NCBI GenBank assembly: GCA_976551045.1
Contig: CDPCPM010000014.1
Coordinates: 30,690,001-30,754,000 of the forward strand
Origin: Glaucostegus cemiculus
Taxonomy: Eukaryota
DNA: 64,000 bases
Direction of reading: 5' to 3'
Shown: in pieces, positions 1 to 12,289 of the stretch
Layout of the letters: each line of letters opens with the position of its first letter
Numbering within the stretch: the stretch's first letter is position 1
Position numbers and translations under genes: made by a program
The notes under the pieces: generated by a model
The model's database searches: none
Seen by the model: the letters and a program-made list of their open reading frames with translations, nothing else
What the model was told of the DNA's origin: nothing

Positions 1-1038
1 TTTGTTCTTTGAATCTATTTTCCCTCATTACTGCAGTAATTGACTTCTTAATTAATATTGCCAAGCCACCTGCTTATTTACATTTCCACCCTCTATGCCT
101 GAAGTTTCTCAACCCTGGAATGTTGAATTGCCACTCCTGTCATTCCTTCAACCTCTGCTATAGCAACAATATCAGACTCCCATGTGCTGATCAACAATCC
201 AATTTCATCTGCTTTACTATCAGACTCCTCACATTAAAATACATACAATTTAGCCTTGTATTTCTCCCATGTACATTATCACACCCATACTTGCTCTGCC
301 TACTTAGTTTCCCTTCAATATTTGTGCGCAGAACCTTGTGCATCTCCTCTGCGGTCCATTTCCTGACAAAATTAATTTCAACCCTCCCCGACAGCACTCA
401 CAAATCTCTGTGTTTCAGTTCAGGAGCAACCCAACCAGCTTGCAGATGTCCTACTTTCCCAGAAGCAGTTCTAGTGATCCAGAAGTCTAAAGACCTTCCT
501 CCCACACATTAGCCACAGATTCATCTGACCTATCTTCCCATTCCTTTGTTAAGCAAAACTTAAGTGGTTCAGTAAGTTTCTTCAGTTACAGCACTCATTC
601 TTTTTGTTCACTGATTACAAAGAATCCTCCTTATTCTTTCTTCACATGTCAGTGTATTAAATACCTATTTCATACTCTGTCTCTATTGAATTTGGCTGAA
701 TCATGCAATACCTGTGTAACACTCTTTACCAAATGCAATAATATCTTCTCAACAATTGTCATTGCTGAATGTAGGAGGATAATACCAAACTCTTGGCTCC
801 ATAATAAAATCAACAATCCATATGCAATTCTTACTCACAAATTGTTGCCTGGATTGTGGGAAGTAGAGAGATTGATAGGCTGGGTTTGTTTTCCCTGGGA
901 TGAAGGAGGCTGACTGGCTACCTGACAGAGGTATATAAAATTATAAGAAGCACAGACTGGGTAGATAGCATTTTTTCCCATGATAGGGGTATCAAAAACA
1001 AGAGGGTATAGGCTTAAAGTGAGAAAAAAAAGGGTTTT

Positions 1039-1135
1039 AGAAACATAGAAAAACTACAGCACAATTCAGGCCCTTCAGCCCACAAAGCTGTGCCAAACAT
1101 GTCCCTACACTAATTACTACTACAAATTACTAGGC
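1039..1135 (-). mobile_element. 5'-truncated CR1 3' tail (~95 bp) nested in the CR1 above
   Basis: Minus strand reads gggacatgtttggcacagctttgtgggctgaagggcctgaattgtgctgtag...ctatgtttct, the same subfamily tail as 57175-57213; flanked by tttta on both sides (possible TSD). Confidence 0.8.
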
Positions 1136-1261
1136 TTTTAAAAGGGATTTGAGGGGAAAGATTTTTTTGAGAGTTGAACTTGCTGCCGGAGGAGGTGGTG
1201 GAGTCAGGTACAATCATTACACTTAAGAGACATTTAGACAAGTACAAATAGGCAACGTTTA

Positions 1262-1528
1262 GGTCGGCACGATAGCGTAGCGGTTAGCGCGACGCTGTTA
1301 CAGCGCCAGTGATCGGGGTTCTATTCCCGTCGCTGACTGTGAGGAGTTTGTACGTTCTCCCGTGCCTGCGTGGGTTTCCTCCGGATGCTCCGGTTTCCTC
1401 CCACATTCTAAAAGACGTACGGGTAGGTTAATTTGGGAGTTTAAAATGGGCGGCGTGGACTCGTTGGGCTGAAAGGGCCTGTTACCACGCTGTAAATAAA
1501 ATGTAGAGATTTAAAAATTAAAAAAAAA
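1262..1528 (+). mobile_element. Young tRNA-derived V-SINE (HE1-like) with CR1-type tail
   Basis: Pol III A box tagcgtagcgg (~1273), B box ggttctattcc (~1317), V-domain gagtttgtacgttctcccgtg..gcgtgggtttcctccggatgctccggtttcctcccaca, tail ttgggctgaaagggcctgtt, A-rich end; CpG-rich. Confidence 0.9.
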
Positions 1529-2064
1529 GGATATTAATCTCGTACAACCAAATAGGATTAGTGTAGATGGGCAAAATGGTCAGCATGGATGTGTTGAGCC
1601 AAAGGGTCTTTTTCTGTGCTCGTTCACTCTCAGATTCTGTTTGAAACAGAATTAAGAAGATTGCTAACACACTTTAATGTGGGAAAAGTAGTGCTAATCT
1701 CTTGGCCAAAGAATATTCAAAACAAAGGAAAGCTAATCTATGCAGAAATATTTCTCAAAACATACCTTGTTTTCCTTTTGAAATGTTTTTTCTTTATGAA
1801 ACAAAGAAGCAATTAAAGAAATACATGAGTTTTAATAAACCTCTTCAATATATGAGCATGAAAATCCATCAAATTGACATAGATGAATTGTAGCCAAGGT
1901 TAACAATGACTATATGTTAAAAGTATTTTCAAAAACAAGCATGATTCAACAATAACAGGGAAATCAAACTCTTTCCTCGCCTATCTGTCAAGATAAAGTA
2001 TTTTGATAACATGAATATTATGAAGAAATTCTTCTGATATGTCATTTGATTACAAAATATTTAT

Positions 2065-2350
2065 GCAGGTAGCAGCAATCAACAAAGCAAACCAAATATC
2101 TAGCTTTATTGCCAAGTTGATAAGGAAGAATTGATAGAGAGGTCTAAAGGTATCATGTTGAAGTTATGTAGGCCACTGATCAGATTGCACCTTCAATATA
2201 ACATTCACATCACCATGGTGCAAGGAAAACAACCACAATATAGAAACAACCTAGTTCGTAGAAAAATGCCAAAAGCTATGAACTTCCCATCCTTGAAAGG
2301 AGGTGAATAAGATTGCACTCTATTGAAGCACATAAAATACTATCATAAAA
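2065..2350 (+). mobile_element. Old CR1 ORF2 fragment
   Basis: aaagcaaaccaaatatctagctttattgcc...atgttgaagttatgtaggccactgatcagattgcacctt resembles KAN.MLAFI / MLQLY.ALVRPHL. Confidence 0.6.
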
Positions 2351-2849
2351 ATTCCACAGATGGTTTCAAGTGGGTGAAAGTACAACAGAGGGTGATTGTT
2401 ATCTGCTGTAGAGGTGTGTCATTGAATATGTCCTAAACCTCAAGGTGGAATTGCTTGATGATTCAGGATGATCACCAAAGCTTGTATGTGCATCAGCATT
2501 GTCTAGTCGTTAATGAATGGCACCCTGCTGCTCTGACAGGTGAAACCTGAGGTTTGATTTTAACTGAAGATGTAAACTTTTAAGCATTTTCTGGGTGAAA
2601 TTCAAGACGTATCTTAAATAGAATCAGTTATTCTGGGTAATATCCTTCACCCTTGGCTTTCATTAGGCTCAGAATTGTACCAGCAAATATAAATTCCCAT
2701 TGATCCCTGGTGGCAATCTGGGTATCTGCACAAGGGGACCACCCAAAGTGAAACACTCAGTTTGAAAAAACGCGAATGAATTGCTGCTTCACCTGGAAGG
2801 AGTGGCTGGGTCCACGATTGGTTGGAAGGCAAGAAATAAAATGAGAACT

Positions 2850-3125
2850 GCTACATTGCCTGTATTTACATGGGATGGTTCCAGGGGAAGGACAATGGTC
2901 TTTGGTAGGATTGGAAGAGGGCACTTAGGGCACTGCAGTCAGAATGCTGAAGGGAAGGGAACGAGAGGAAAAAGTATGTCTTGTGATAGTGCCTTGCTAA
3001 AGGTGGACGATCTATTGAATTTAGTGGCTGGTCAGAAAGAAATGAAGACAAGGGGAACTCCATTTTTTTAATTGAGTGGGATGACAGGAGGTGAACAGTG
3101 GTGAGAGCAGAAGTGTTCACATGGA
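2850..3125 (-). mobile_element. Possible old L2 LINE fragment
   Basis: Purine-rich decayed sequence resembling reverse-strand L2 ORF2; no clean motif. Confidence 0.3.
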
Positions 3126-4107
3126 ATAATTCTGACTGAACTTAGCTTGATGATAGGTAAGCAGTTCTGGTGTTAATTTAGAAATGTAGTGAGAGTCCAC
3201 CATTCTGTATCTGCTGAAAATACTGCCTGAAAGTCATTAATCTGATAACAGTGTATGGTAGAAAACAATGGATGGCTTGTTGAAACAAATTTCACCTGCT
3301 AAATAGTAAACATATCAAAACATAATCCAAATTGTAAAAACGAGTGACTGAATCTGTTTGCACTTTTAATAATTGAGGTGAGTTGATGTGGATAAGATAT
3401 GATTTGAATGCTTGCTGATTTGTTTAACCAAATGTTGCTTAGCAGGTAAAATATGTGACCTACATACCAAGTCTTTGCCTTGGGCCAAACTTATGTAAAT
3501 GTGCTATGATACTTTTCATGGTTTGAATGTCCGATTCTGCAATATTAATCCATACAGAACGAAGATGTCTTCATGTTAAAATGCAGTTGAAGTTCTATTG
3601 GGTTCAATCTTTGTAATTTAACAACTGAAATATTTAAAGTAGAAAATTATAACTTAAAATGATATTCACCACCATTTTATTTCTGTGCTTCAGTCTCTCA
3701 CAGGGGGCAGGGGAAGGCTTAAGTTGGTATTGTTGGTACATGGACAGAGCTAAGAACAGAAACAACCAGGAAGGATTTGTGTTAAGTCCGGCTGTACAGC
3801 ATGCTGATTGTAGGAGAAGAGAATCCCAAATTAAGAAGAATAACTGCTGAGAATTTTCTTTCTCATGTTCAATTTATCAAGAAAGACTCTGCGAGAGAAG
3901 GATGAGAGCAGGTGGGTGACCCATCATTTTCCCTTTCTTTAAAGTTTTGTCAATCTGCTTGATTTTCTTTTCCTACCTACCTTCATGCACCCCACAGTCC
4001 TACTGTTCTCTCTTTAATTATGTCTTTTGTCGTCACCAATATTTATCTCTAGCAAATTTACTCTTTTGTTTTCTGCATATGCCTACTCTCTTCCTTTCTT
4101 AAAAAAG

Positions 4108-4321
4108 ATGGCAAAATCTCTTTATTAGTCACATGTACATTGAAACACACAGTGAAATATACCTTTTGCGTAAAGTGTTCTGAGGGCAGCCTGCAAGTGT
4201 CGCTACAGACAGACACACGCGGACTTGGGGAGAAAGTACAAGTTCCTTACAGCCAGCGGCCAGAATTGAACCTGGGTCACTGGCACTGTAATAACATTAC
4301 GCTAACTGCTACACTACCGTG
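4108..4321 (-). mobile_element. V-SINE with Rex/Babar-type tail, internally deleted
   Basis: Reverse complement of cacggtagtgtagcagttagcgtaatg...ccaggttcaattc head and tgtacatgtgactaataaag tail; matches 28253-28540 and 41536-41791. Confidence 0.85.
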
Positions 4322-4974
4322 TCTGTCCTACTCATGGGTGTCCACTACTACCTCATCTGACTGACCATTACTCTCTTATAACCTTAGACAATAAAGTCTC
4401 AATTTTTGCACCAGGTATGGGAAAGGTGTCCATCAACTCAATAATGGATGATACACCCAACTAGGGTAGATATGGAGGTATCCTGCCAATCTGAAGGGGT
4501 TTATTTAACAACTTCCTTTAATCCTGCATGATGCGTGGTCAAATTTGCTCCCTGGATGACTAGAGCAATAATGCAGCCAAAGGAAGATTCAAACACTGGG
4601 ACTGGCCCCTGACACTTAGAAGGCCATTATTTACTCAGCAATCCCATCAAGGGTGGGGGCTGGATCATGAGGCTCTGTGGATTCTGCTCGCAAGACCTGA
4701 AAAAAAGGGGCTGGGGACTTCTTTAACAGACAAAGATAGGGCAAACTTGGAAATGCATTGTAAAGTTGCAACTGGGGATTCTCAAGTGATTAAACAATCC
4801 TTGATGGACATTCAGTAAGTGGACTTCCTTCTGTTTGCAGTAACTCTCAGAGTTAACAATTGGTGGCACAAAACATGTAAGCTCCACCCCACACCATGGG
4901 AAGATTGTAAACCTTGTGCACAAACTGCTTCATAATTCTTTTTTTATTCTTTTTGTTTCATAATTTTTTTTGTT

Positions 4975-5090
4975 ATTCTTTTTTTATGGGACGAGCACCT
5001 GAGGAGGACGGTATCTCGCTCCTATGCATACCATATATGTATATGGTTGTGACAATAAAACTGATTCTGATTCTGATCCTGATTCTGATA
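4975..5090 (+). mobile_element. Rex1/Babar LINE extreme 3' end with (CTGATT)n tail
   Basis: atgggacgagcacctgaggaggacggtatctcgctcctatgcat...gtgacaataaaactgattctgattctgat is nearly identical to the reverse complement of 16945-17044. Confidence 0.9.
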
Positions 5091-5889
5091 ATGATTGACA
5101 TCATAACTTGTCTACTCTCTATACTTCATTGTCTGGAAATGCTATACCATAAAAGATCTAAATACCATATTGGAACAAATTTGATAAACTAAGTCTCAAA
5201 TACTGCATAATGGATTTCTGAATCTTGCAGCCTTTTTGTTTAAGATAAATCCTTGGATAATTTCTGAAGCAAATGTCAATGAGAGTGGGTGAAGCCTTTA
5301 TTAATTTTCCCAGAAAGCTTTCCACTCTATTTCAAAAATTCTTTTAAAATCTTCAGCAGGAGGTAAACAATAAAATGGTGTCTACCTTTAATTCAGATTG
5401 AAAATGCTACGCAATGACGTGTTTACTGCCAATTGGCTAGTCAAGTTCAAGAGTGGATGTTGCGGGTACTTTTCCCCAGAATACCATTCAACTCCCTAAT
5501 GAGCACTAGCAAGCCAGTTATGTGGCAATCAGCTCTTTAACAATTAATTAGCTATTGAGTAACACAGTTAATATTGCTGCCAAAGCAATCAAGTCTGCCT
5601 ACACTTATGTGCCAGGTACCATGTGTTTTAATTTTACAAGGATCCAAAAAAAAATGGAACTCATGGACTCTGAGCATTTATGCCAGTTGTCTATCTACCT
5701 GCTCCTTTACTGCTGATACTGCCGAAGTTAATAGTGCAAATGTTTTCTTTATACCAGTGCAGTAAGGAGCCTGCACCTTTGGAGATGCATTTGTCTCAGG
5801 TAACTCTGAATCAGTTTGTATGGTGGGTAACTGATATGACCTCAATATTTGAAAAGGAAGTGGGGAGAATATGGGCAATTAATGAATGG

Positions 5890-6390
5890 TTAGCCGGATA
5901 TTAGCAGAGTACCACACTTTATGCTAAATGTGAAGACTTCAGAGAAGGTGGAAAAGAGGTTTACTGAAATGATTTTGGGAATGAGGGCCTTTAGTTGTGT
6001 GGATAAATTGGAGAAGTTGGTGTTATTCTATGAATAAGAGAGGTTGCAAATTGATCTCATGGAGATATTGGAAATCAGGAAGGGTACATATAGCATAGTT
6101 AAAGAATAACTGTACCAATGATGAAGGAGTCAAAAACCAGGGGATATAGAATAATGATGATTGGGAAAAGAACTAAAAGTGATGAGGACAATGTTTTTGA
6201 CGCTGAGTGTTTAGGGTCTGGAATGCATTGGCAGAAGTTGTGCTGGAGGTAGATTTAATTGTAGTATTCAAAAGGGAACTGGATCAATGCCTGAAAGGAA
6301 AGAAGTTGAAAGACTACGTAGCAAAGTTCAGGCTAGATTGCTCTCATGTACAGCCATGGTAGACTTGATGAATTGTCACCTTGGATGTTA
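5890..6390 (+). mobile_element. Old CR1 3' fragment
   Basis: ttagcagagtaccac...gaggtttactgaaatgatt...tggaatgcattggcagaag..tattcaaaagggaactggat matches decayed LE.CV / RRFTRMIP / WNALP / FKRELD motifs. Confidence 0.75.
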
Positions 6391-6409
6391 TAATAGTTCA
6401 AGTCTGTTG

Positions 6410-6965
6410 CTTGCTGAAAGTGTTGACGCAGGTTAATAGGGTAGTGGAAAAGGCATTTGGTATGTTAACCTTCATAGACTGAGGCACTGAGCATAAGAGT
6501 TAGGACATCATGTTGCAGTTGTACAAAACTTTGCTTAGACAATACTTAGAAAATTGTGTACAGTTCTGGTCACCACAATACTGGAAGCATGTGATATGAA
6601 AACGTAGAAGAGATGCACCTGGATGTTGCCAGGATTGGAGGTCTGTGGTTACAAGAGAAGATTGGATAGACCAAATTTATTCCTGCTGGAATGTAAGAGA
6701 CTGAAGAGTAATCTTAGAGGTTTATAAAACTGAGGCGCCTCGATAGGATGGAGAGACAAAATTTTTTTCCCCCAGGACAGGGGAGTATAGAACTAGAGGG
6801 CACAGATTTAAGTTCAGAGGGGAGGAATTTAAAGGAGATCTGAGGAAAAAAAGTATAGAGATATGGGCCTAATGCAGGTAAATGGGATTAGCATAGATGG
6901 ATATCATGGCTGGCATGGACAAAGTGGTCCGAAGGGGTTTGTTTCTGTGCTGTATATTTCGATGA
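6410..6965 (+). mobile_element. CR1 (HER1-like) 3' fragment
   Basis: gcaggttaatagggtagtggaaaaggcatttgg...tgtgtacagttctggtcacca...ccgaaggggtttgtttctgtgctgta 3' tail. Confidence 0.85.
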
Positions 6966-7999
6966 TACTGACATTTGCAGAGACAACTGCCTGATTTTTT
7001 TTCAGGTAGCATAATATTTATGTATGATTCATTGAGTACCTTGTGAGCCAACAGTGCTCCTCCTGAAATTAGGTTCCAGTTCTTGACGTGCAGGAAAAGA
7101 TGATCAAGGATAAGCAGGGAAATGACTGGGCCAGTTCCCTGATGTCACATCACTTGTAGAAAGGTACACTGTGCAGACATTGAACACAGAAGCTGATGAA
7201 AGCTGGAAAGTTGAGGCCTGGTTTCAGATTATTTCTAGGGTACAACTTCACTTGTATTGCTGCTGGGGAACCTGAAGCACCTTCTCCCAAGTTGCCACCC
7301 TGTTTAATCTTCCAGTGAGAATGTCCACATCCCTTAATACTGAGGTTCTTTGCTTCTTGTGTCTCTAACTCATCCTGATTGGTGTCCACAGCCAAAGATC
7401 CCCCACTCTTTGATTGGCTCTACAGCAGAATTCTTTCCACCTACCCACCCCCATCAAGGTTACCACATCTACTTTTCAATATTCTGTGCAACCTCACTGA
7501 TCTTCCATCTCTAATCTTTTTACCCACTCCAGTATATAGGCATCCACTCTCTGCAATAGTGGAGGATTGCAGACCTAAGACCAGAAATGAATGTAATAAT
7601 GTAAGGCCTAATTCACCCCAGACAACACCTCGGCTGTCAGATTCAGATAATCTATTATGGGCTCAGTGCCTTAACACATGTTTTTAGGTGTATTTATGAT
7701 TCATAGATTGACATATTCTTGTGTTTGAGAATGAAAGAGGTGCTAGAACAATACAAGGTTTGTTGAGAGTACTCAACGTTTGGATAAACTTGGAATTTCA
7801 GAGTTGGTTGGAGGGAACAATGCTCTTGACACAAAAGATGATGAGTTTCTTGGAGGCAGTTGTCACATACAAGATGACTGCTTTTCAAATGAATCCGAGG
7901 TCAAGATGAATAAGAATATTATCTCCACTCTCTCTCTCCCTCTCTAATCTCACTCCCCTTGTTCTTGATTCCTCCACTTTTTCTCTATTTACCCTATTG

Positions 8000-8430
8000 G
8001 TATGTTTTATGATTTTAAATATCTCCAATGGATCTCATCACAACTTCTGTAAACTTCCTCTCATCTCTAACCTTCATTTCTGCTTTAAGGTTGTCCAACA
8101 TGTTTCACCTGCTCAGGCTTCATTATTCTCACAATTTCCTTTATGCTTTCCAGTCTGCCTTCTACCATTCTCATAACAGTGGGATGGCTTCAAGTAAATG
8201 GCATCCTGTATAACTCTGACCATGCTGTGCTATCGTTCTCTACTTTTTTTGATCTGGTTGACCAATTCATCATTCCCTATTGCATCACCTCCATCGCCCA
8301 TGACTATCTACCATCCCCATCCAACACATCTTGAGCAATGGCTTCTTCTATGACTTACCCTCACTCTTTGCAAACCCCAAACCATTTGTCTTTGGCTGTC
8401 CCTCAGTGCCCTATCCTTGACTCTTTGGTA
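8000..8430 (+). mobile_element. Old L2 LINE RT fragment
   Basis: ggctgtccctcagtgccctatccttgactc resembles GVPQGSILGP; pyrimidine-rich L2-like context. Confidence 0.45.
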
Positions 8431-10069
8431 ATTGTGTTACAATGAATGTCAAGGTTACCATGTATTTATCTTGTTTGTGCCACATTTTTCAGTTCCTTCG
8501 GTGCTGATGTTAAGAATAAGATATGAATGAAGCATTTTTTCAGACCTTTTTCTGAAGTTCTGAGGTTTCCAGATAAGGATAAAGCTTGACATCACACACT
8601 TAAAACGATGAATGTAATAGCTCACAAATCACTCTGAGGCATTCTTTTCCAACTTGTTGAATTAGGCGCTGTAGAGTCCACCATTCATACTTGTTATTAT
8701 TATAAATTCGAAACCTTCAAACACGTCATGAGGTCCTGAAAATGTTTTCTTAGAATTAGATGGTGTGGAAAAAATAATATGTCCTCAGTTGAGGAAGAAG
8801 ATTGTGAACTAAATGACATGTGGATGTGATAAGGAAACTGAATGGTCTGGACAGAACGGTCATATTAGCAAATTATACAGGGAGGACAAAAGGTCAGAAG
8901 GTAATCAGAATAGAAATGATCACATTCATGCAAAATGTTACATTAGATGTACTCAGCTGAGAATATTGACACAATATTCAAGGCAAAGCAATGCAGTTAT
9001 CTCAGTATTGGAAAAATTACAGACTGAAAATAAGCAAACGAGAATACTGATTCTGTCTTTTCCCTTAAAAATTCAAAAATTATTTTCCCTAAAAATAAGA
9101 TTGAATTAGATCCAAAAGTTTATATTTATTTTGATCTATATCCATAAGAATATTATTCTTTATATTTCAACAATTAAATATGTTTTGTTCAGAAAGGCAT
9201 AACAATGTTTAATGGAGCATTTGTCAAGCTCTGTATCTGGAATTGAGGATTCTCCTCCCTCCCTCCCTCCCTCCTGTGAAGTTAGCAGTAATGTGGTGGC
9301 CTGGGTCTACTTCTATGGAAATGTTCAGCATGTGCCTGCAGTTTGCATGCCTAAATTAAATGAACCCCAAGGCCTCACACTGATGGCCCTTGGGTTGGCC
9401 TGTTCCAACATAAAATATTCCCTGTGTCTGGTTTGTTGTTGCAGGAAAGAGCTATCCAATTATAAATGTTCACCATCACAGCATTTAAGGCTGATTCAGC
9501 ATGTCTCGTAATGCAACCTGCAAGCAGTGAGGGCCTCACCTTTCAAATTAATTAAATCAGCTATTTTACCTGTGTATTTAAGCATCACAAATCTTGCAGT
9601 AAAGTGTGAAGCGGAGAACTGTTAGAACCTGGTTGCTATCCAATTATCTTATTCCTGGCTAGAACACTAGTTTTGTTTTATGCCTGTGATTGAATGACAG
9701 CACACCACAGTGTTCAGAATCTACAAATGGGTTATTATTAGACCATGTAGTATATTAGCATGTTCTTAATTTTAAGGATTGCTTTCATACAATGGAACAT
9801 ACCTCCATACCATGGTAGTATATTACCTTCTTCATTAGCTCCCTATAGGCCAGACCTTCCACTTGCAATGGAATTACTGTGCTTAACACAAATACTTGCA
9901 ATTAGTCAGGAGGTCAGAAACAAAGTTGAGAAGAAAGGAATATGAAATGAGTGGCGGGTTGTAGTAAAGGCTTCACCTTTTAGGGATCTGTACTGAGGCC
10001 TTCAATTTCCTCTATTTAAAGTTATTGAGACAAATTTAGAGAGCTAAATGTCCAATGTTGCAAAACATG

Positions 10070-10950
10070 ATCTTTTTGAAACATCTAAGGTTTACAGGAG
10101 GCTTGACAGAGTTGAAGCTGTGAAGATGTTTCCCTTGTGGATAAAATTGAATTTAGGGGCTCAGGATAAGGAGGCATTAATTTAAGACTGAGACGATGAG
10201 GAATTTCTTTTGAGAATTGTGAATCTTCAGAATTTTCTCCATCATAAAGAGATAAATACCCAATTTATGCATTATATTCAAAGCTGAGATAGATTTTTGG
10301 ACTCCAAGTTTACAGGGAACAGGTGGGACAATTATATCAACTCAATGGTCAGGTCAGCCATGATGTGACTGAATGGCAGACCAGGTGTGATGGGCCTTGT
10401 GAGCAACTCCGTCTTGTTTATCTCATGTTCTTAAGCAGGAGGTACAAGACTGACAAATGGATTTTTTTTCTGAATGTTGACTACGTTTTTACTCATTCGT
10501 TGTAAAAGTTAAAGGGAATATAAGAAAATTTTTTTGCATAGAGGGTGGGCATAATCTGGAGTTCACTGAAAGTTTGGGTGATGGAAATGGAATCAACTGG
10601 GGCTTACAAAAAGGAAGTAGATAGGCACTTGGGAATGGTATGAAGGGCCACTGGGGAAAAAAAATTCAGGGAATGAGACTGCTTAAGATTTTCTCTAGAA
10701 GGAGTTTGCATTGACTCAATGGAATGTGCAGACCTGTGCCATATTTATGATTTCCATGGCATCCTCAGTTGTTTGTGCTAAATGCATTTTGTAACAATGG
10801 TTTTGATTTCAAAGAATCAGATTGGTGAAGATTATAAACTATAAGAACAGCTACACTGTATTCTTAGTATAACTAAGCAAAGGTCTTGGTTGACACAGAC
10901 ATTGTAGGATGAAGGGCCTCTTCCTGTGCTGTGCTGTTTTATGTTCTAGT
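10070..10950 (+). mobile_element. Cluster of three old CR1 3' fragments (~10070-10430, ~10505-10750, ~10885-10950)
   Basis: ggcttgacagagttga..tttaagactgagacgatgaggaatttcttt; catagagggtggg..tctggagttcactg; gaagggcctcttcctgtgctgtgctgttttatgttcta. Confidence 0.7.
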
Positions 10951-11264
10951 ATCTTCTGCCTGTACAATTTAGTTAGACAGATTTTATTCACAATCCATTT
11001 GGGAGGTGTTCTCTGTGCCTAGGAGCCTGAGCTCCTAAACATAACACTCAAATGATGTTGTTAATAACAGATGTTGTTAAATAGATTTGTTTTCATCATT
11101 TGAGTGTTTGTTGTTAAAACTATATTTTTGTGACTAGTTATTTCTGTACTATTTTGGTCCCAATGGATTAAAAAAGTTATTGAAACTCTTTAGGGAGTTA
11201 TTTTAACTTTTGGTGATAGCTGAGACAATCTAGCAAATGATCCCTGGACTCTTGTTTTATATCA

Positions 11265-12265
11265 ATGGCTGTTCGTATAGCTGTAGCAGCCACTGTGACC
11301 AGTAGTGTTCTGCAAGGATCAGTGCTGGGACCTCTGTTTGTAAAATATATAAATGAATCTGAATGAAAATGTACGTGGTCTAATTAGTAAGTTTGCAGAT
11401 GCCATCAAAGTTAGTGGAGTTGTTGACAGTGAGGAAGGTTGTTAAATGATGTAGATAATTGGAAATTTGGGTGGAGAAACAGCAGATGGACTTTAATCTG
11501 GACATGTGTGCACTGTGGAAGGTTAAATATAAGGGGAAAGCATACAGTAAATGGCAGGATATTTGGGAGCATTGATGTACAAAGTGGCTCTTGAGACACA
11601 AGTCCATAACTTGCTGGAAGTGGCAACACAAGTGGATATGATGGTAAATAAAAGTGTACAGCATGCTTGCCTGCATCACTTGAGGCATTGAGTATAGGAG
11701 TTGGTAAATCATGTTGTAACTTTGGTTAGGCAACATTTGGAGTACTGTGTGCAGTTCTGATTGCCACATTACAGGAAGGATATGGAGGCTTTGGAGAGGG
11801 TACAGAAGAGTTTCACCAGGACATTACCTGGATTGCAGTGCATTAGTTATGTGAAAAGGTTGGACAAACTTGGATTTTTTCCCAGACCATCATTGTCTAA
11901 GGCGTGAACTGATAGAAGTATATAAAATTGAGGCATAGATAGAGTAGGTAGTCTTTTTCCCAGGGTGGAAATCTTTAGAGATATCTTTTTTAGTCACATG
12001 TATTTCACTGTGTGTTTTGATGTACATCTTTTGCGAGGAGTGTTCTGGGGGCAGCCAGAACACATAGGTTTAAGGAGACTTTAAAGAATATGCGTGAAGC
12101 AAGTTTTAAGAGTGGTAGGTGCCTTGCAGGCACTGCTGAGGGAGATGGTAGAAGCAGATGATAGCAATGTTTAAGAGGCATACAAACGGAAACATGAACA
12201 GGTAGGGAGTGGAGAGATATGGATTATGTGCATAAAGATGGGATGTGTTGTAATATTCTATGTTC
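11265..12265 (+). mobile_element. CR1 LINE, RT core to 3' UTR, decayed
   Basis: gtgttctgcaaggatcagtgctgggacctctgttt (V.QGSVLGPL), agtaagtttgcagatg (SKFAD), ttggagtactgtgtgcagttctg (LEYCVQF). Confidence 0.9.
11978..12063 (-). mobile_element. Rearranged 3' tail fragment of the Rex-tailed V-SINE, inserted in CR1
   Basis: agatatcttttttagtcacatgta...tcttttgcgaggagtgttctgggggcagcc matches 41536-41612 apart from an internal 20-bp inversion. Confidence 0.8.
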
Positions 12266-12289
12266 AAAGCATAGCAACCAGCTATAAAT

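Larger units (their letters stand above)
840..1630 (+). mobile_element. CR1 (HER1-like) LINE 3' fragment, interrupted by two younger insertions
   Basis: Decayed ORF2 C-terminus DNA (ctgggtttgttttccctgg...gaggtatataaaattat) and 3' UTR ending gagccaaagggtctttttctgtgct; homologous to the other CR1 copies in the window. Confidence 0.85.

Noticed and set aside
9-512. 167-aa ORF, the longest in the track
   Set aside because: Non-ATG start, low-complexity Leu/Ser/Cys composition and no recognisable domain; probably decayed L2-like DNA
1262-1335. tRNA-like sequence with A and B boxes
   Set aside because: It is a SINE head continuing into the V domain; no complete cloverleaf
4914-5192. Peptide MGRAPEEDGISLLC...KLILILILI repeated in ORF 16768-17076
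   Set aside because: Translation of a Rex/Babar 3' UTR and its (CTGATT)n tail, not a gene family
9363-9396. Hairpin resembling a phage or bacterial intrinsic terminator
   Set aside because: Eukaryotic context and no U-tract; kept only as part of the CNE candidate
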